A stretch of 64,000 bases of DNA. Origin: Gemmatimonadota bacterium. Its GTDB lineage: Bacteria; Gemmatimonadota; Gemmatimonadetes; Palauibacterales; Palauibacteraceae. The DNA is taken from the NCBI GenBank assembly GCA_046757485.1, contig JBHHYJ010000003.1, positions 14,866 to 78,865 on the forward strand. The letters run 5' to 3'. Below, one piece after another: positions 52,153-61,303 of the stretch. A program made the translations under genes and the position numbers. Numbering within the stretch: the first letter of the stretch is position 1; the number at the start of each line of letters is the position of its first letter. The notes beneath the pieces are model-generated. The model saw only the letters and a program-made list of their open reading frames with translations. It made no database searches and was not told the origin of the DNA.

Positions 52153-53346
52153 ATGCCCGTTTGGACCTACAGCGCCCGCAGCCTCACCGGCGACCTGCGC
52201 CGGGACGAGATCGAGCTCCCTTCCAAGGATCACGTGATCAGCTATCTGCGCAAGCAGAAGCTGATTCCCGTATCCGTGCGCGAGAAGCCGAAGGAGATCA
52301 CGTTACGCCGCGGGGTGAGCACCCGGGAGATCGTCATCTTCACCCGGCAGTTCGCGACGATGATCAACGCGGGACTGCCGCTCGTGGCGGCCCTGAACAT
52401 CCTGGCCAAGCAGACGGACAACAAGTTTCTCCGCAAGACCGTGCAGGACGTCCTGTACGACGTGGAGTCGGGCAACACGCTGGCCGACGCGCTCCGATCG
52501 CACCCCAAGATCTTCAGCGACCTGTACATCAGCATGGTGGCGGCGGGAGAGTCGGGAGGGATCCTGGACACGATCCTCCTGCGTCTGGCCTCCTTCCTCG
52601 AGAAAAACGAGGCTCTCACCCGGAAGATCAAGGGCGCGATGATCTATCCGGCCGTCGTCCTCAGCGTGGCGGTCGTCGCGATCGCGATCCTGCTCCTGTT
52701 CGTAATCCCGACGTTCCAGGAGATGTTCGCCAGCTTCAACCAGCAGCTTCCCCTCCCGACCCGGATCGTCATCGGACTTTCCGAGCTCCTTCAGGGCTAC
52801 TGGTGGCTGCTGATCGGAGGCCTCTTCACGGGCGTCTTCCTGTTCCGCCGCTGGGTGAGGACGGCGAAGGGCCGCCTGCAGTTCGACCGCTTCCTGCTCC
52901 GCGTCCCGGTTCTCTCGGGGCTGGTGCGGAAGGCGGCGATCGCCCGCTTCACGCGGACGCTCTCCACGATGCTGAGCTCCGGTGTGGCGATTCTCGACGG
53001 CCTGGAGATCACGGCTCGCACCTCCGGGAACCGGGTCGTGCACGACGCGGTGATGGCGAGTCGAGCGGCGATCGCGGGAGGCAAGTCGATCGCCGAGCCC
53101 CTCAAGGAGACCGGGGTCTTTCCCCCGATGGTGACCCAGATGATCCACGTGGGAGAGGAGACCGGCGACCTGGACGGCATGCTGACCAAGATCGCCGACT
53201 TCTACGACGAGGAGGTGGACGTGGCGGTGGAGAGCCTGCTGAAGGCGCTCGAGCCGGCGCTCATCGTCGTTCTGGGAACGATCGTCGGAGGGATGATCGT
53301 GGCGATGTACCTGCCGATCTTCGGCCTGGTCAACGTAATCCAGTAA
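52153..53346 (+). CDS. pilC: type IV pilus platform protein PilC (GspF family)
   Basis: 397 aa with two GspF repeats and three TM segments. Follows pilB-pilT. Confidence 0.93.
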   Translation: MPVWTYSARSLTGDLRRDEIELPSKDHVISYLRKQKLIPVSVREKPKEITLRRGVSTREIVIFTRQFATMINAGLPLVAALNILAKQTDNKFLRKTVQDVLYDVESGNTLADALRSHPKIFSDLYISMVAAGESGGILDTILLRLASFLEKNEALTRKIKGAMIYPAVVLSVAVVAIAILLLFVIPTFQEMFASFNQQLPLPTRIVIGLSELLQGYWWLLIGGLFTGVFLFRRWVRTAKGRLQFDRFLLRVPVLSGLVRKAAIARFTRTLSTMLSSGVAILDGLEITARTSGNRVVHDAVMASRAAIAGGKSIAEPLKETGVFPPMVTQMIHVGEETGDLDGMLTKIADFYDEEVDVAVESLLKALEPALIVVLGTIVGGMIVAMYLPIFGLVNVIQ

Positions 53347-53380
53347 GCTCCGAGCCCTCGCCGTACCTTTCGGACAGCAT

Positions 53381-53404
53381 GGAAGCCCGCCACGGCGGGC
53401 TTCC
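53381..53404 (+). terminator. GC-rich hairpin after pilC (possible terminator, no U-tract)
   Basis: GGAAGCCCGC-CACG-GCGGGCTTCC, a perfect 10-bp stem 35 nt after the pilC stop. Confidence 0.35.
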
Positions 53405-53574
53405 GCGCATCCGGGCAGCCCCGGGCTCGGGTCGCCACCGGAGCCGACGGCGGCCAGGCGCGGCCGCCGGCCGGGCCCGACCCCCCCGCTCCCGCGCCGT
53501 GACACGCGGCGGGCCGGCCGGTATTCTCCCCCCGTGAGCCCGCGCCGTCTCCGGTCGGCGCACGACTCTTCCCC

Positions 53575-55698
53575 GTGGCGAACGGGCGCCGGTTCGTGAA
53601 ACGTCTGAAGAAAGAGCTCCAGCTCTTCGACGTGTACGCCATCAGCACCGGAGCCATGTTCAGCTCGGGATTCTTCCTCCTGCCCGGGCTGGCGGCCGGC
53701 AAGGCGGGGCCGTCCGTCGTGCTGGCCTACCTGCTCGCCGGCCTGCTCGTGGTCCCGGCGATGCTCAGCAAGGCGGAGCTCAGCACCGCGATGCCGCGCG
53801 CCGGCGGCACGTACTACTTTCTCGATCGCAGCATGGGCCCCATGGTGGGGACGATCGGGGGGTTCGGCACCTGGCTCGCGCTCGTCCTGAAGAGCTCCTT
53901 CGCTCTCATCGGCATGGGGGCGTATCTGAGCCTGTTCCTGAACGTCGAGATTCAAGCCCTGGCCCTGCTGCTGACGGGCCTCTTCGTCCTGCTGAACGTG
54001 GTCGGGGCGAAGCAGTCGAGCGGGGTGCAGCGCGTGCTGGTCGTGACGCTGCTGGTGATCCTGACCTTCTTCCTCGCGCAGGGCCTGGCCGGCGTGGGCT
54101 CCATGGGGCTCGGGGAGGTGAGGAGGACCCGCTTCACCCCGTTCCTTCCGTTCGGGACGGACGGTCTGGTCTCCACCGTGGGGCTGGTCTTCGTCTCCTA
54201 CGTGGGCCTCACGAAGGTGGCCAGCATCCCGGAGGAGGTGAAGGACCCGGAGCGGAACATCCCGCTGGCCATGTTCCTCTCCCTGGCCACCGCCACGCTC
54301 GTCTACGTGGTGGGCGTCTTCGTGATGGTCGCCGTGCTGGAGCCGTCGGCGCTGCGGAACGACCTGACTCCGGTGGCCACGGCCGGGGAGGCGGTGATGC
54401 ATTGGCTGCCCGGCCGGCTCGGGATGATCCTGATCGCGGCCGCCGCGGTGGCGGCGTTCTCTGCGATGGCGAACGCGGGAGTGATGGCCGCCTCCCGCTA
54501 CCCGCTCGCCATGGCCCGGGACCGCCTGATCTGGCCGGGCTTCTCCCGGCTGGGCCGTTTCCACACGCCTTCCCGAGCGGTCGTCGCGACGGGAGGCATG
54601 ATGGCCGTCGTCCTCCTTACGCTGGACGTGGAGGGGGTGGCGAAGCTCGCGAGCTCGCTCCAGCTCCTCCTCTTCGGCCTGATCAACCTGGCCGTCGTCG
54701 TGATGCGTGAGAGCCGGCTTGCCGCCTATGATCCCGGGTTCCGCTCCCCCCTCTACCCCTGGATGCAGATCGCCGGCTTCGGGGTCCCGTTCCTCCTCAT
54801 CGCGGAGATGGGCGGGATGTCGATCCTGTTCACCCTGGCGGTCACCGCGGGCTCGATCGGCTGGTACGTGTCTTTCGCGCGACCGCGGGTCGAACGGCAG
54901 GGAGCGATGTTCCACCTCTTCGAGCGCCTCGGCCGGCAGCGCTTCTCGGGCCTCGACGAGGAGCTTCGGGAGATCCTCAAGGAGAAAGGACTCCGCAAGC
55001 AAGACCCGTTCGACGAGGTGGTGGCGGGAGCCTCGGTGGTGGATCGGCCGGGGGCCCTACACTTCGAGGCGGTGGCACAGGAGGCTGCGGGTCTTCTGGC
55101 CGCCGATCTGCCGGTCACCCCGGAAGAGCTGGCCGGCCGTTTCCTGGAGGGAACCCGGCTGGGCATCACGCCGGTGGCGCACGGCGTGGCGCTTCCCCAC
55201 GCCCGCCTGGCGGCCGCCGCCGGGCCGAGCATGGTGCTCGTGCGGGCCCGGGAAGGGATTCAAGGGGGCCTGGCGTCCGAGGACGAGGACGGTCCGGGGG
55301 AGCCGATCCGCGCGGCGTTCTTCCTGGTCAGCTCGGAGGAGGATCCGAGCCAGCACCTGAGGATCCTGGCCCAGCTGGCCGGCCGGGCCGACGACGACGG
55401 ATTCATGCGCGAGTGGCTGTCGGCGACCAACGAGCAAGAGCTCAAGGAAGCGGTGCTCCGCAACGAGCGCTATCTCTCGCTGTGTCTGCATCGCGGAACG
55501 GCGGCGGCGGCCCTCATCGGGAGGACGCTCCGCGAGGTTCACATGCCGGAGGGGTGTCTCGTCGCCCTGGTGCGGCGCGACGGGGAAGTCGTGGTTCCCG
55601 GCGGCGGCACCGTGTTGAAAGCGGAGGATCGTCTGACCATCATCGGGAGTCCGGACGGGATTCGGCAGCTCGAGGACCGTTACAGGGGGGCGGCGTGA
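53575..55698 (+). CDS. APC-family amino-acid permease fused to a PTS-EIIA(type 2/Ntr)-like domain and a TrkA-C domain
   Basis: About 440-aa 12-TM permease (FDVYAISTGAMFSSGFFLLPG...). Then an EIIA-2-like segment with the His motif HGVALPHARL, and a terminal TrkA-C (CLVALVRRDGEVVVPGGGTVLKAEDRLTIIG). GTG start. Confidence 0.8.
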   Translation: MANGRRFVKRLKKELQLFDVYAISTGAMFSSGFFLLPGLAAGKAGPSVVLAYLLAGLLVVPAMLSKAELSTAMPRAGGTYYFLDRSMGPMVGTIGGFGTWLALVLKSSFALIGMGAYLSLFLNVEIQALALLLTGLFVLLNVVGAKQSSGVQRVLVVTLLVILTFFLAQGLAGVGSMGLGEVRRTRFTPFLPFGTDGLVSTVGLVFVSYVGLTKVASIPEEVKDPERNIPLAMFLSLATATLVYVVGVFVMVAVLEPSALRNDLTPVATAGEAVMHWLPGRLGMILIAAAAVAAFSAMANAGVMAASRYPLAMARDRLIWPGFSRLGRFHTPSRAVVATGGMMAVVLLTLDVEGVAKLASSLQLLLFGLINLAVVVMRESRLAAYDPGFRSPLYPWMQIAGFGVPFLLIAEMGGMSILFTLAVTAGSIGWYVSFARPRVERQGAMFHLFERLGRQRFSGLDEELREILKEKGLRKQDPFDEVVAGASVVDRPGALHFEAVAQEAAGLLAADLPVTPEELAGRFLEGTRLGITPVAHGVALPHARLAAAAGPSMVLVRAREGIQGGLASEDEDGPGEPIRAAFFLVSSEEDPSQHLRILAQLAGRADDDGFMREWLSATNEQELKEAVLRNERYLSLCLHRGTAAAALIGRTLREVHMPEGCLVALVRRDGEVVVPGGGTVLKAEDRLTIIGSPDGIRQLEDRYRGAA

Positions 55699-55743
55699 AG
55701 CTCCTTCTGTGAGCCGCCGCGCCTTCCGGGCCGGGAGGGAGAT

Positions 55744-56235
55744 ATGAGGACGCTCCAGGCCGGGGTGCTTGCGCAGGCTTCGGAGTCCGAGGCGACCCCT
55801 AGCAGGTCGCCGCTCCTGCTCCTCGCCCTCACCGGGACGCTCGCCTGTGGGGGGAGCGCGGTGGCCAGGGTCGAGATCGTCGAGCCGGCCGACGGGGCGG
55901 AGGTCGCGGGGTCGGAGGTCCGGGTCGTGCTGGCGGCATCGGGCGTCGAGATCGCGCCGGCCGCCGACGAACGCCCGGGAACGGCCCATCACCATCTCTT
56001 CGTCGATCGCGACCCGACACCTTCGAGCGACACGATTCCGGCGGGCGTCTCGGGGATCCTCCACCTGGGGCGCGGCCAGGAGAGCTTTGCGCTCGGGGGC
56101 CTCGCTCCGGGCTCCCACCGGGTGATCGCGATCCTCGCGGACCGCGACCACGTGCCTCTGGCTCGGGCGGCGGCGGACACGGTGCGGTTCGTGGTCCTCG
56201 CGGGCGACGAGGGATCGGAGGCCCCGGAGCGGTGA
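55744..56235 (+). CDS. DUF4399-like lipoprotein
   Basis: Lipobox LALTGTLAC. The GTAHHHLFVD motif and Ig-like length are typical of DUF4399. Confidence 0.6.
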   Translation: MRTLQAGVLAQASESEATPSRSPLLLLALTGTLACGGSAVARVEIVEPADGAEVAGSEVRVVLAASGVEIAPAADERPGTAHHHLFVDRDPTPSSDTIPAGVSGILHLGRGQESFALGGLAPGSHRVIAILADRDHVPLARAAADTVRFVVLAGDEGSEAPER

Positions 56236-56242
56236 GCCTCTC

Positions 56243-56677
56243 GTGGGGTGGACCGGCGGGGGTCCGGGAGGGGCAGTGACGACGCTTTCGGTGCGAACGA
56301 GCACCCGAGAGGAGCTCGTGGAGATCACCTCGGATGTGGAGCGGGCCGTGGCGGCGTCTGGAGTGCGGGAGGGGATCTGCGTCCTGTGGTCGGAGCACAC
56401 GACCGCGGGCCTCACCGTGAACGAGGGAGCCGACCCGGCCGTGGCCCGGGACATCTCCGCCTGGCTCGAGGCGAGCGTGCCGCGCGGGGCCCGCTACCGG
56501 CACCTGGAGGGAAACGCGGACTCCCACATCAAGACGTCGCTCGTCGGCCCGGGCCTCACCCTCATCATCTCGGAAGGCCGGGTGCGGCTCGGCCGATGGC
56601 AGGGCGTCTTTCTGTGCGAGTTCGACGGCCCGCGGGAGCGGCGTGTGACGCTACGGGTCGTCCCGGCGGAGGGATGA
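56243..56677 (+). CDS. yjbQ: YjbQ/UPF0047 family protein (secondary thiamine-phosphate synthase enzyme)
   Basis: ITSDVERAV..GICVLWSEHTTAGLTVNE..GNADSHIKTSL matches the YjbQ family pattern. The start may be GTG 56276. Confidence 0.85.
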   Translation: MGWTGGGPGGAVTTLSVRTSTREELVEITSDVERAVAASGVREGICVLWSEHTTAGLTVNEGADPAVARDISAWLEASVPRGARYRHLEGNADSHIKTSLVGPGLTLIISEGRVRLGRWQGVFLCEFDGPRERRVTLRVVPAEG

Positions 56678-57129
56678 GGCGGGTGTCCGAGCCGCCGACG
56701 CTTCCCCTGCGGGGGATGGTGGGGCGCACGGCGGAATCGGCGAAGGAGCTTCTGGGCGAGCCGTCCGCCGAGCGCCGGATCGGAGCGGACCGGTGGCTCG
56801 TCTACCGGTATCCGACCCTGATCGTTCGGCTTCGCTGTCGGCGAGCGCCCGGGAGCGAGGAGGATCGCGTGGCGTCCTGGACGGCCACCTTCGGCACGGC
56901 ACGCACGAGCCTGAGGGAAGCGGCCGGCCCCCTGGGGCTGTGGCCGGCGTGCGCCCCGGACGCGCGGGCCGGAGCCCGAGACGGCCTCCTGCGTCGTGCC
57001 CTGGCGGACCCTGCGGCCGCGATGCCTCGCTCGCTCACCGCCTCCGTTCGACAGGGTTCGATCCGAACGATCAGCGTGTTCGACGAGCCGCCCGAGTGGA
57101 CCGGCCCGGAGCGGGAAGCCTCGGAGTAG
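56674..57129 (+). CDS. hypothetical protein
   Basis: ATG 56674 overlaps the yjbQ stop (ATGA). 151 aa, no recognisable motif. Supported only by coupling and frame-specific GC3. Confidence 0.4.
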   Translation: MRRVSEPPTLPLRGMVGRTAESAKELLGEPSAERRIGADRWLVYRYPTLIVRLRCRRAPGSEEDRVASWTATFGTARTSLREAAGPLGLWPACAPDARAGARDGLLRRALADPAAAMPRSLTASVRQGSIRTISVFDEPPEWTGPEREASE

Positions 57130-57140
57130 GACGGCGATCG

Positions 57141-58955
57141 TTGGAATCGAGCCGATCGAGCCCCGGAGAGACCCGCACCCCGCTGGAGGCGGCCAGGGTG
57201 CTGTACTGGATCTACGCGGGGCGCCTTGTCGTCACGCTCGGCGTGTACGGGACGGCACTGCTTCTGAGCGACGTCTGGCTCCGCGGCGCGGCCGAGAACC
57301 TGGATCCGCAGATCCGGGTCGTGTCACTCGCGGGGCTGGCCCTGGCGGGCCTGGTCACCCCCCTCTCGTACTGGTACAGCCACGGAGGGCGTCCCCGCCC
57401 CCTGGGGCCCGGCTTCCTGTACGTTCAGGCGGCGGTGGACCTGCTGCTCGTCACGGGGATCGTCCACATCACCGGAGGGAGTCGAGGGGTCTTTCCCCCG
57501 CTCCTGTACATCGCCCTCGTCTCCGGCTACGCTCTGATCCTTCCCCTGGCCGCGGCGGTGAAGACCGCACTGGCCACCGGCCTCGCCTACCTGCTGGAGA
57601 TCGCGATCGCCTATCCGGAGATGTTGGACATCACGGTTCTCGTCCAGGTCGGGATCTTCACGGTGGTGGCGACGGTGAGCGGCGTCATCGCCGCCCGGCA
57701 CCGCCAGCTGGGCCAGGCGCTGCACACCGTGGAAGGGGAGCTCCGCCGCCTCCGCCTGGGGACGGCGGACATCCTGCGTACGATCGAGGCGGGCGTGGTC
57801 GCGCTCGACGCGGAGGGCCGGGCCGCGTACCTGAACCCCGCGGCGGAGGAGCTCCTGGGCCTGCACGCGGAAGCGTGGGTGGGGCGGGACCTGCTCTCGG
57901 AGCTGATACGCCGCGCGCCGGAGGCGGCGAGAGCGGTCCAGGAGACCCTGCGGACGGGGCGGCCCGTCCGGAACCGGGAGGCGGAGGTTCACCGTGATGC
58001 GGCGGGGGGGGAACGTCGGCCGGCGACGGTGCAGGCGACGGCGTACTCCCGTCCGGGGACGCCTCCGCTCGTGATGCTCGTTCTCCAGGACGCCCGGCAG
58101 GCGCGGCAGCTCGAACGTCTCCGGCTGCGGGCGAGTCGCCTCGAGGCCGTGGCCGAGCTGTCCGCTTCTCTGGCCCACGAGCTGAAGAACCCCCTGGCTT
58201 CGATCCGGAGCGCCGTCGAGCAGCTGTCGGGCGATCGGCCGGCCGGGGAGCAAGCGAGCGTCCTGAGCGGCCTCATCGTGCGAGAAACGGACCGCCTCGC
58301 CCGCCTCCTGGGTGAGTTCAACGACTTCGCGCGGGTGGACGTCGCCCGACGCCAGCCGGTGGACGTCGAGCAGGCCGTCCGGGAGGCGGTGGAAGTCGTG
58401 CGGCAGCGCCCGGAGGCCGCCGGAGAGAGAGCCTCGTTCGAGGTGGAGGTGGAGGAGGCGCTTGACGACCTCTGGGGGGACCCGGACCTTATCCACCGGA
58501 CGCTGGTGAACCTCGTCTTGAACGCGGTGCAGGTAGGCGGGAGGGAAGGGTCGGTCAGCGTCCGGGTTGTGGTGGACTCCCCCCCCGCCGAGGCGTCGGT
58601 CCGGGACGTCGCGGCGGGGGCGCCCGTGCGGATCCGGGTCATCGACGACGGCCCCGGCATCCAGGCGGAGGAGCTGGAGAGGATCTTCGACCCGTTTTAT
58701 ACACGGAGGAGCGGAGGTAGCGGCATGGGGCTGGCCATCGCCAACCGGGCCGTGCAGGCGCACGGCGGAGCGCTGCTGGTCAGCTCGGAACCGGGCCACG
58801 GAGCCACCTTCAGCGTCGTCCTGCCCCGCCGGGAACCGGAAGGGCGGAGGGCGTTCGAGGAGGAGGGCTGGAGCACCGTGAGGGCCCGACGCGGGAGCGA
58901 GGGTCGGGTGGACCCATCTCCGGCCTCGGCCGCGTCCGAAGCCTCCGAGGCGTGA
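57141..58955 (+). CDS. pilS: PilS-like sensor histidine kinase (NtrB family)
   Basis: Multi-TM N-terminus, PAS-like segment, H-box LAHELKNPLASIRSA, G boxes DDGPGI and GGSGMGLAI. The start is TTG 57141 or GTG 57198, not 56793. Confidence 0.85.
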   Translation: MESSRSSPGETRTPLEAARVLYWIYAGRLVVTLGVYGTALLLSDVWLRGAAENLDPQIRVVSLAGLALAGLVTPLSYWYSHGGRPRPLGPGFLYVQAAVDLLLVTGIVHITGGSRGVFPPLLYIALVSGYALILPLAAAVKTALATGLAYLLEIAIAYPEMLDITVLVQVGIFTVVATVSGVIAARHRQLGQALHTVEGELRRLRLGTADILRTIEAGVVALDAEGRAAYLNPAAEELLGLHAEAWVGRDLLSELIRRAPEAARAVQETLRTGRPVRNREAEVHRDAAGGERRPATVQATAYSRPGTPPLVMLVLQDARQARQLERLRLRASRLEAVAELSASLAHELKNPLASIRSAVEQLSGDRPAGEQASVLSGLIVRETDRLARLLGEFNDFARVDVARRQPVDVEQAVREAVEVVRQRPEAAGERASFEVEVEEALDDLWGDPDLIHRTLVNLVLNAVQVGGREGSVSVRVVVDSPPAEASVRDVAAGAPVRIRVIDDGPGIQAEELERIFDPFYTRRSGGSGMGLAIANRAVQAHGGALLVSSEPGHGATFSVVLPRREPEGRRAFEEEGWSTVRARRGSEGRVDPSPASAASEASEA

Positions 58956-58986
58956 CGAACTCCATTCAGGCGAGCGAGGCCGTCCC

Positions 58987-60357
58987 ATGAGCAAGGAAAA
59001 GCCCCGCGTGCTCGTCATCGACGACGAGCAGAGCATGGTCGAGACGCTCAGCGTGCTGCTGGCGGGCGAAGGGTTCGAGGTGCTTTCGGCCCTCTCGGGG
59101 GCTGAAGGACTCGAGAAGTTCGCCGACACGAACCCGGATGTCGTGCTCACGGACGTGCGCATGCCGAAGGTGACCGGGGTCCAGGTGCTGGAGTCGATCC
59201 GGGAGGAAGATCCCGACACGCCCGTCGTGCTGATGACCGCACAGGCTTCTCTCCAGTCGGCGGTCCAGGCGGTGAACCTCGGCGCGACCCACTACATCCA
59301 GAAGCCGTTCAAGAACGAGGAGCTGGTGGCCGTCCTGCGAAGCTCCATCGATTTCGGCCGCGTGAAACGGGAGAACACCAAGCTCAAGAAGGAGATTCAG
59401 AGACGGGAGCAGCGCGATGCGATCCGCCCGATCGGGGGAAGCCCCGCGTTTCTGAAGGCGCTGGAGATGGCCGAGGCGGTGGCGGCCAGCGACTCCACGA
59501 TCCTCATCCGGGGCGCCAGCGGAACCGGCAAGGAGATCTTCGCCCGCTACATACACGAGCTTTCCGACCGGGCAAGCCGCCGCTTCCTGTCGCTCAACTG
59601 CGCCGCGCTTCCCGAGGGACTTCTCGAGTCCGAGCTGTTCGGGCACGTGAAGGGCTCCTTCACGGGCGCGGTGCGTGACAAGGAGGGCCTCTTCGTCGCG
59701 GCCTCGGGCGGCAGCTTCTTCCTCGACGAGGTGGGCGAGATGGCGGCCTCCACCCAGGTGAAGCTCCTGCGCGTCCTCCAGGAGAGGGAAGTGATCCCGG
59801 TCGGCTCCACCAAGGCCCTCCCGGTGGACGTCCGGCTCATCGCCGCCACGAACCGCGACCTGGAGCGGGACATCGAGCAGGGTCGCTTCCGGAGCGACCT
59901 GTACTACCGCCTGAACGTCATCTCCATCGAGCTTCCACCCCTCCGGGACCGGGTAGATGACATTCCGTTGCTGGCGGAGCATTTCCTGGAGAGAGAAGCG
60001 GAGCGGACCGGCGAGCCGGCCAAGGCGCTCTCCGCCGAGGCGATGGAGGTGCTGCAGGGCTACCGCTGGCCGGGGAACGTCCGGGAGCTGGAGAACGTGG
60101 TCGAGCGTGCGGTCGTGCTCAGCCGGGGGGACGTCATCAAGCCGGACGCCCTCCAGGCCCGCCTCAGGACGAAGGAGCCCGTGCCCCTCATCCAGGACAA
60201 GCCTCCCGCCAACCCGACCCTCGAGGTGATCGAGCGCGCCTACATCGAGCACGTTCTGCGGGCGGAGTCGGGCAACAAGAGCCGCGCCGCCGAGGTGCTG
60301 GGGATCGATCCCAGCACCCTGTACCGCAAGATCAAGCGGTTCGGACTCGACGTGTGA
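58987..60357 (+). CDS. pilR: sigma-54-dependent response regulator (NtrC family, PilR-like)
   Basis: REC domain (VVLTDVRMP), AAA+ Walker A GASGTGKE, ESELFGH, GSFTGA (GAFTGA-type sigma54 contact), C-terminal Fis-type HTH. Confidence 0.9.
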   Translation: MSKEKPRVLVIDDEQSMVETLSVLLAGEGFEVLSALSGAEGLEKFADTNPDVVLTDVRMPKVTGVQVLESIREEDPDTPVVLMTAQASLQSAVQAVNLGATHYIQKPFKNEELVAVLRSSIDFGRVKRENTKLKKEIQRREQRDAIRPIGGSPAFLKALEMAEAVAASDSTILIRGASGTGKEIFARYIHELSDRASRRFLSLNCAALPEGLLESELFGHVKGSFTGAVRDKEGLFVAASGGSFFLDEVGEMAASTQVKLLRVLQEREVIPVGSTKALPVDVRLIAATNRDLERDIEQGRFRSDLYYRLNVISIELPPLRDRVDDIPLLAEHFLEREAERTGEPAKALSAEAMEVLQGYRWPGNVRELENVVERAVVLSRGDVIKPDALQARLRTKEPVPLIQDKPPANPTLEVIERAYIEHVLRAESGNKSRAAEVLGIDPSTLYRKIKRFGLDV

Positions 60358-60497
60358 GGGATCCCTCTCCGCTCGGCGGCGGGGAGGGGTCGTGGGAGGG
60401 TGGTTGCAGATGGGGAAGGGTCGTGCATCCTGCAAGGCCGAGGGGCTGACGGGAGCCTTTTTCGGTCGACCACCGCACCATGTAACTCCAGTCATAA

Positions 60498-60510
60498 CAA
60501 TAGGTTGAAT
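60498..60510 (-). promoter_or_regulatory. IHF-like site in an AT-rich patch upstream of the pilA sigma-54 promoter
   Basis: Minus strand reads ATTCAACCTATTG, against WATCAANNNNTTR (1 mismatch). The surrounding AT-rich 60481-60525 stands out in GC-rich DNA. Confidence 0.3.
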
Positions 60511-60534
60511 AATCCTGCCGTGCGGGGCACGGGG

Positions 60535-60550
60535 GTTGCCCGGGAACGCT
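60535..60550 (+). promoter_or_regulatory. sigma-54 (-24/-12) promoter of pilA
   Basis: GGGCACGGGGGTTGCC against TGGCAC-N5-TTGCW. The GG and GC are at the correct 12-nt offset, about 80 nt upstream of the pilA ATG and directly downstream of the sigma54-dependent activator gene. Confidence 0.7.
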
Positions 60551-60629
60551 GCGGAGGCGGGGGCCTCTAGGCGACTCAGGGTTCTCGGGACAGCTCCCGG
60601 GCAGGCAACCACAGCAAGCGAGGAGTGAG

Positions 60630-61037
60630 ATGCGCAACGCGAAGGGATTCACCTTGATCGAGCTGCTGATCGTCGTGGTGATCATCGGCATCCTGGCCGC
60701 GATCGCCCTTCCGCAGTTCGCCAGCACGAAGGAGAAGGCGTACGACGCGGCGGCGAAGAGCGACCTTCGGAACCTGATGACCTCCCAGGAGGCGTACTTC
60801 GCCGATGCCCAGACGTACTGGGGCGGAGCCGTGGCCGCTGGTACCGCCGTCGACATGGACGGGAACAGCACGACGGACTTCGTGGCCAGCCAGAGCGTCG
60901 CCCTGGGGGCGACCTCCGCCACGAACGGCTTCACGGCGACGGCCAAGCACTCGAGCTCGTCGAAGACGTGGTGCGTGAACACGACGCCGGCGGCCGGGAA
61001 CAACTCCGGCAAGATCGCGTCGGGCACCAGCTGCTGA
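60630..61037 (+). CDS. pilA: type IV major pilin (prepilin with N-terminal cleavage/methylation motif)
   Basis: MRNAKGFTLIELLIVVVIIGILAAIALPQF. 135 aa. C-terminal Cys pair (WCVN...GTSC). SD GAGGAG upstream. Confidence 0.9.
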   Translation: MRNAKGFTLIELLIVVVIIGILAAIALPQFASTKEKAYDAAAKSDLRNLMTSQEAYFADAQTYWGGAVAAGTAVDMDGNSTTDFVASQSVALGATSATNGFTATAKHSSSSKTWCVNTTPAAGNNSGKIASGTSC

Positions 61038-61074
61038 GCTGAGCGGCAGAACGCGCCAGCGAAGCTGACGTGAG

Positions 61075-61117
61075 AGAGGGCGCCGCGGCACGGCCGAGGC
61101 GCCCTCTTCTTCTTTTT
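61075..61117 (+). terminator. strong intrinsic terminator after pilA
   Basis: AGAGGGCGCC-13 nt loop-GGCGCCCTCT followed by TCTTCTTTTT. Confidence 0.8.
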
Positions 61118-61303
61118 GGGCAGGTCCGCGGGCGGGCGGCGGGTCCGGGCGCTCCGGGTGGCGAGCCCCCGGCGGTCGCCGCGCCGTTGTCAACGGGCCC
61201 GAGGCATCGTCTCTTGGAGCGGCTACGGAGCTCCGAGGGTTCCGATGGGCGACGGAGGGAGCGGTCGGTGAGGGGGAAGGCTCAGCTCGGGGGCGGGGGG
61301 GCG

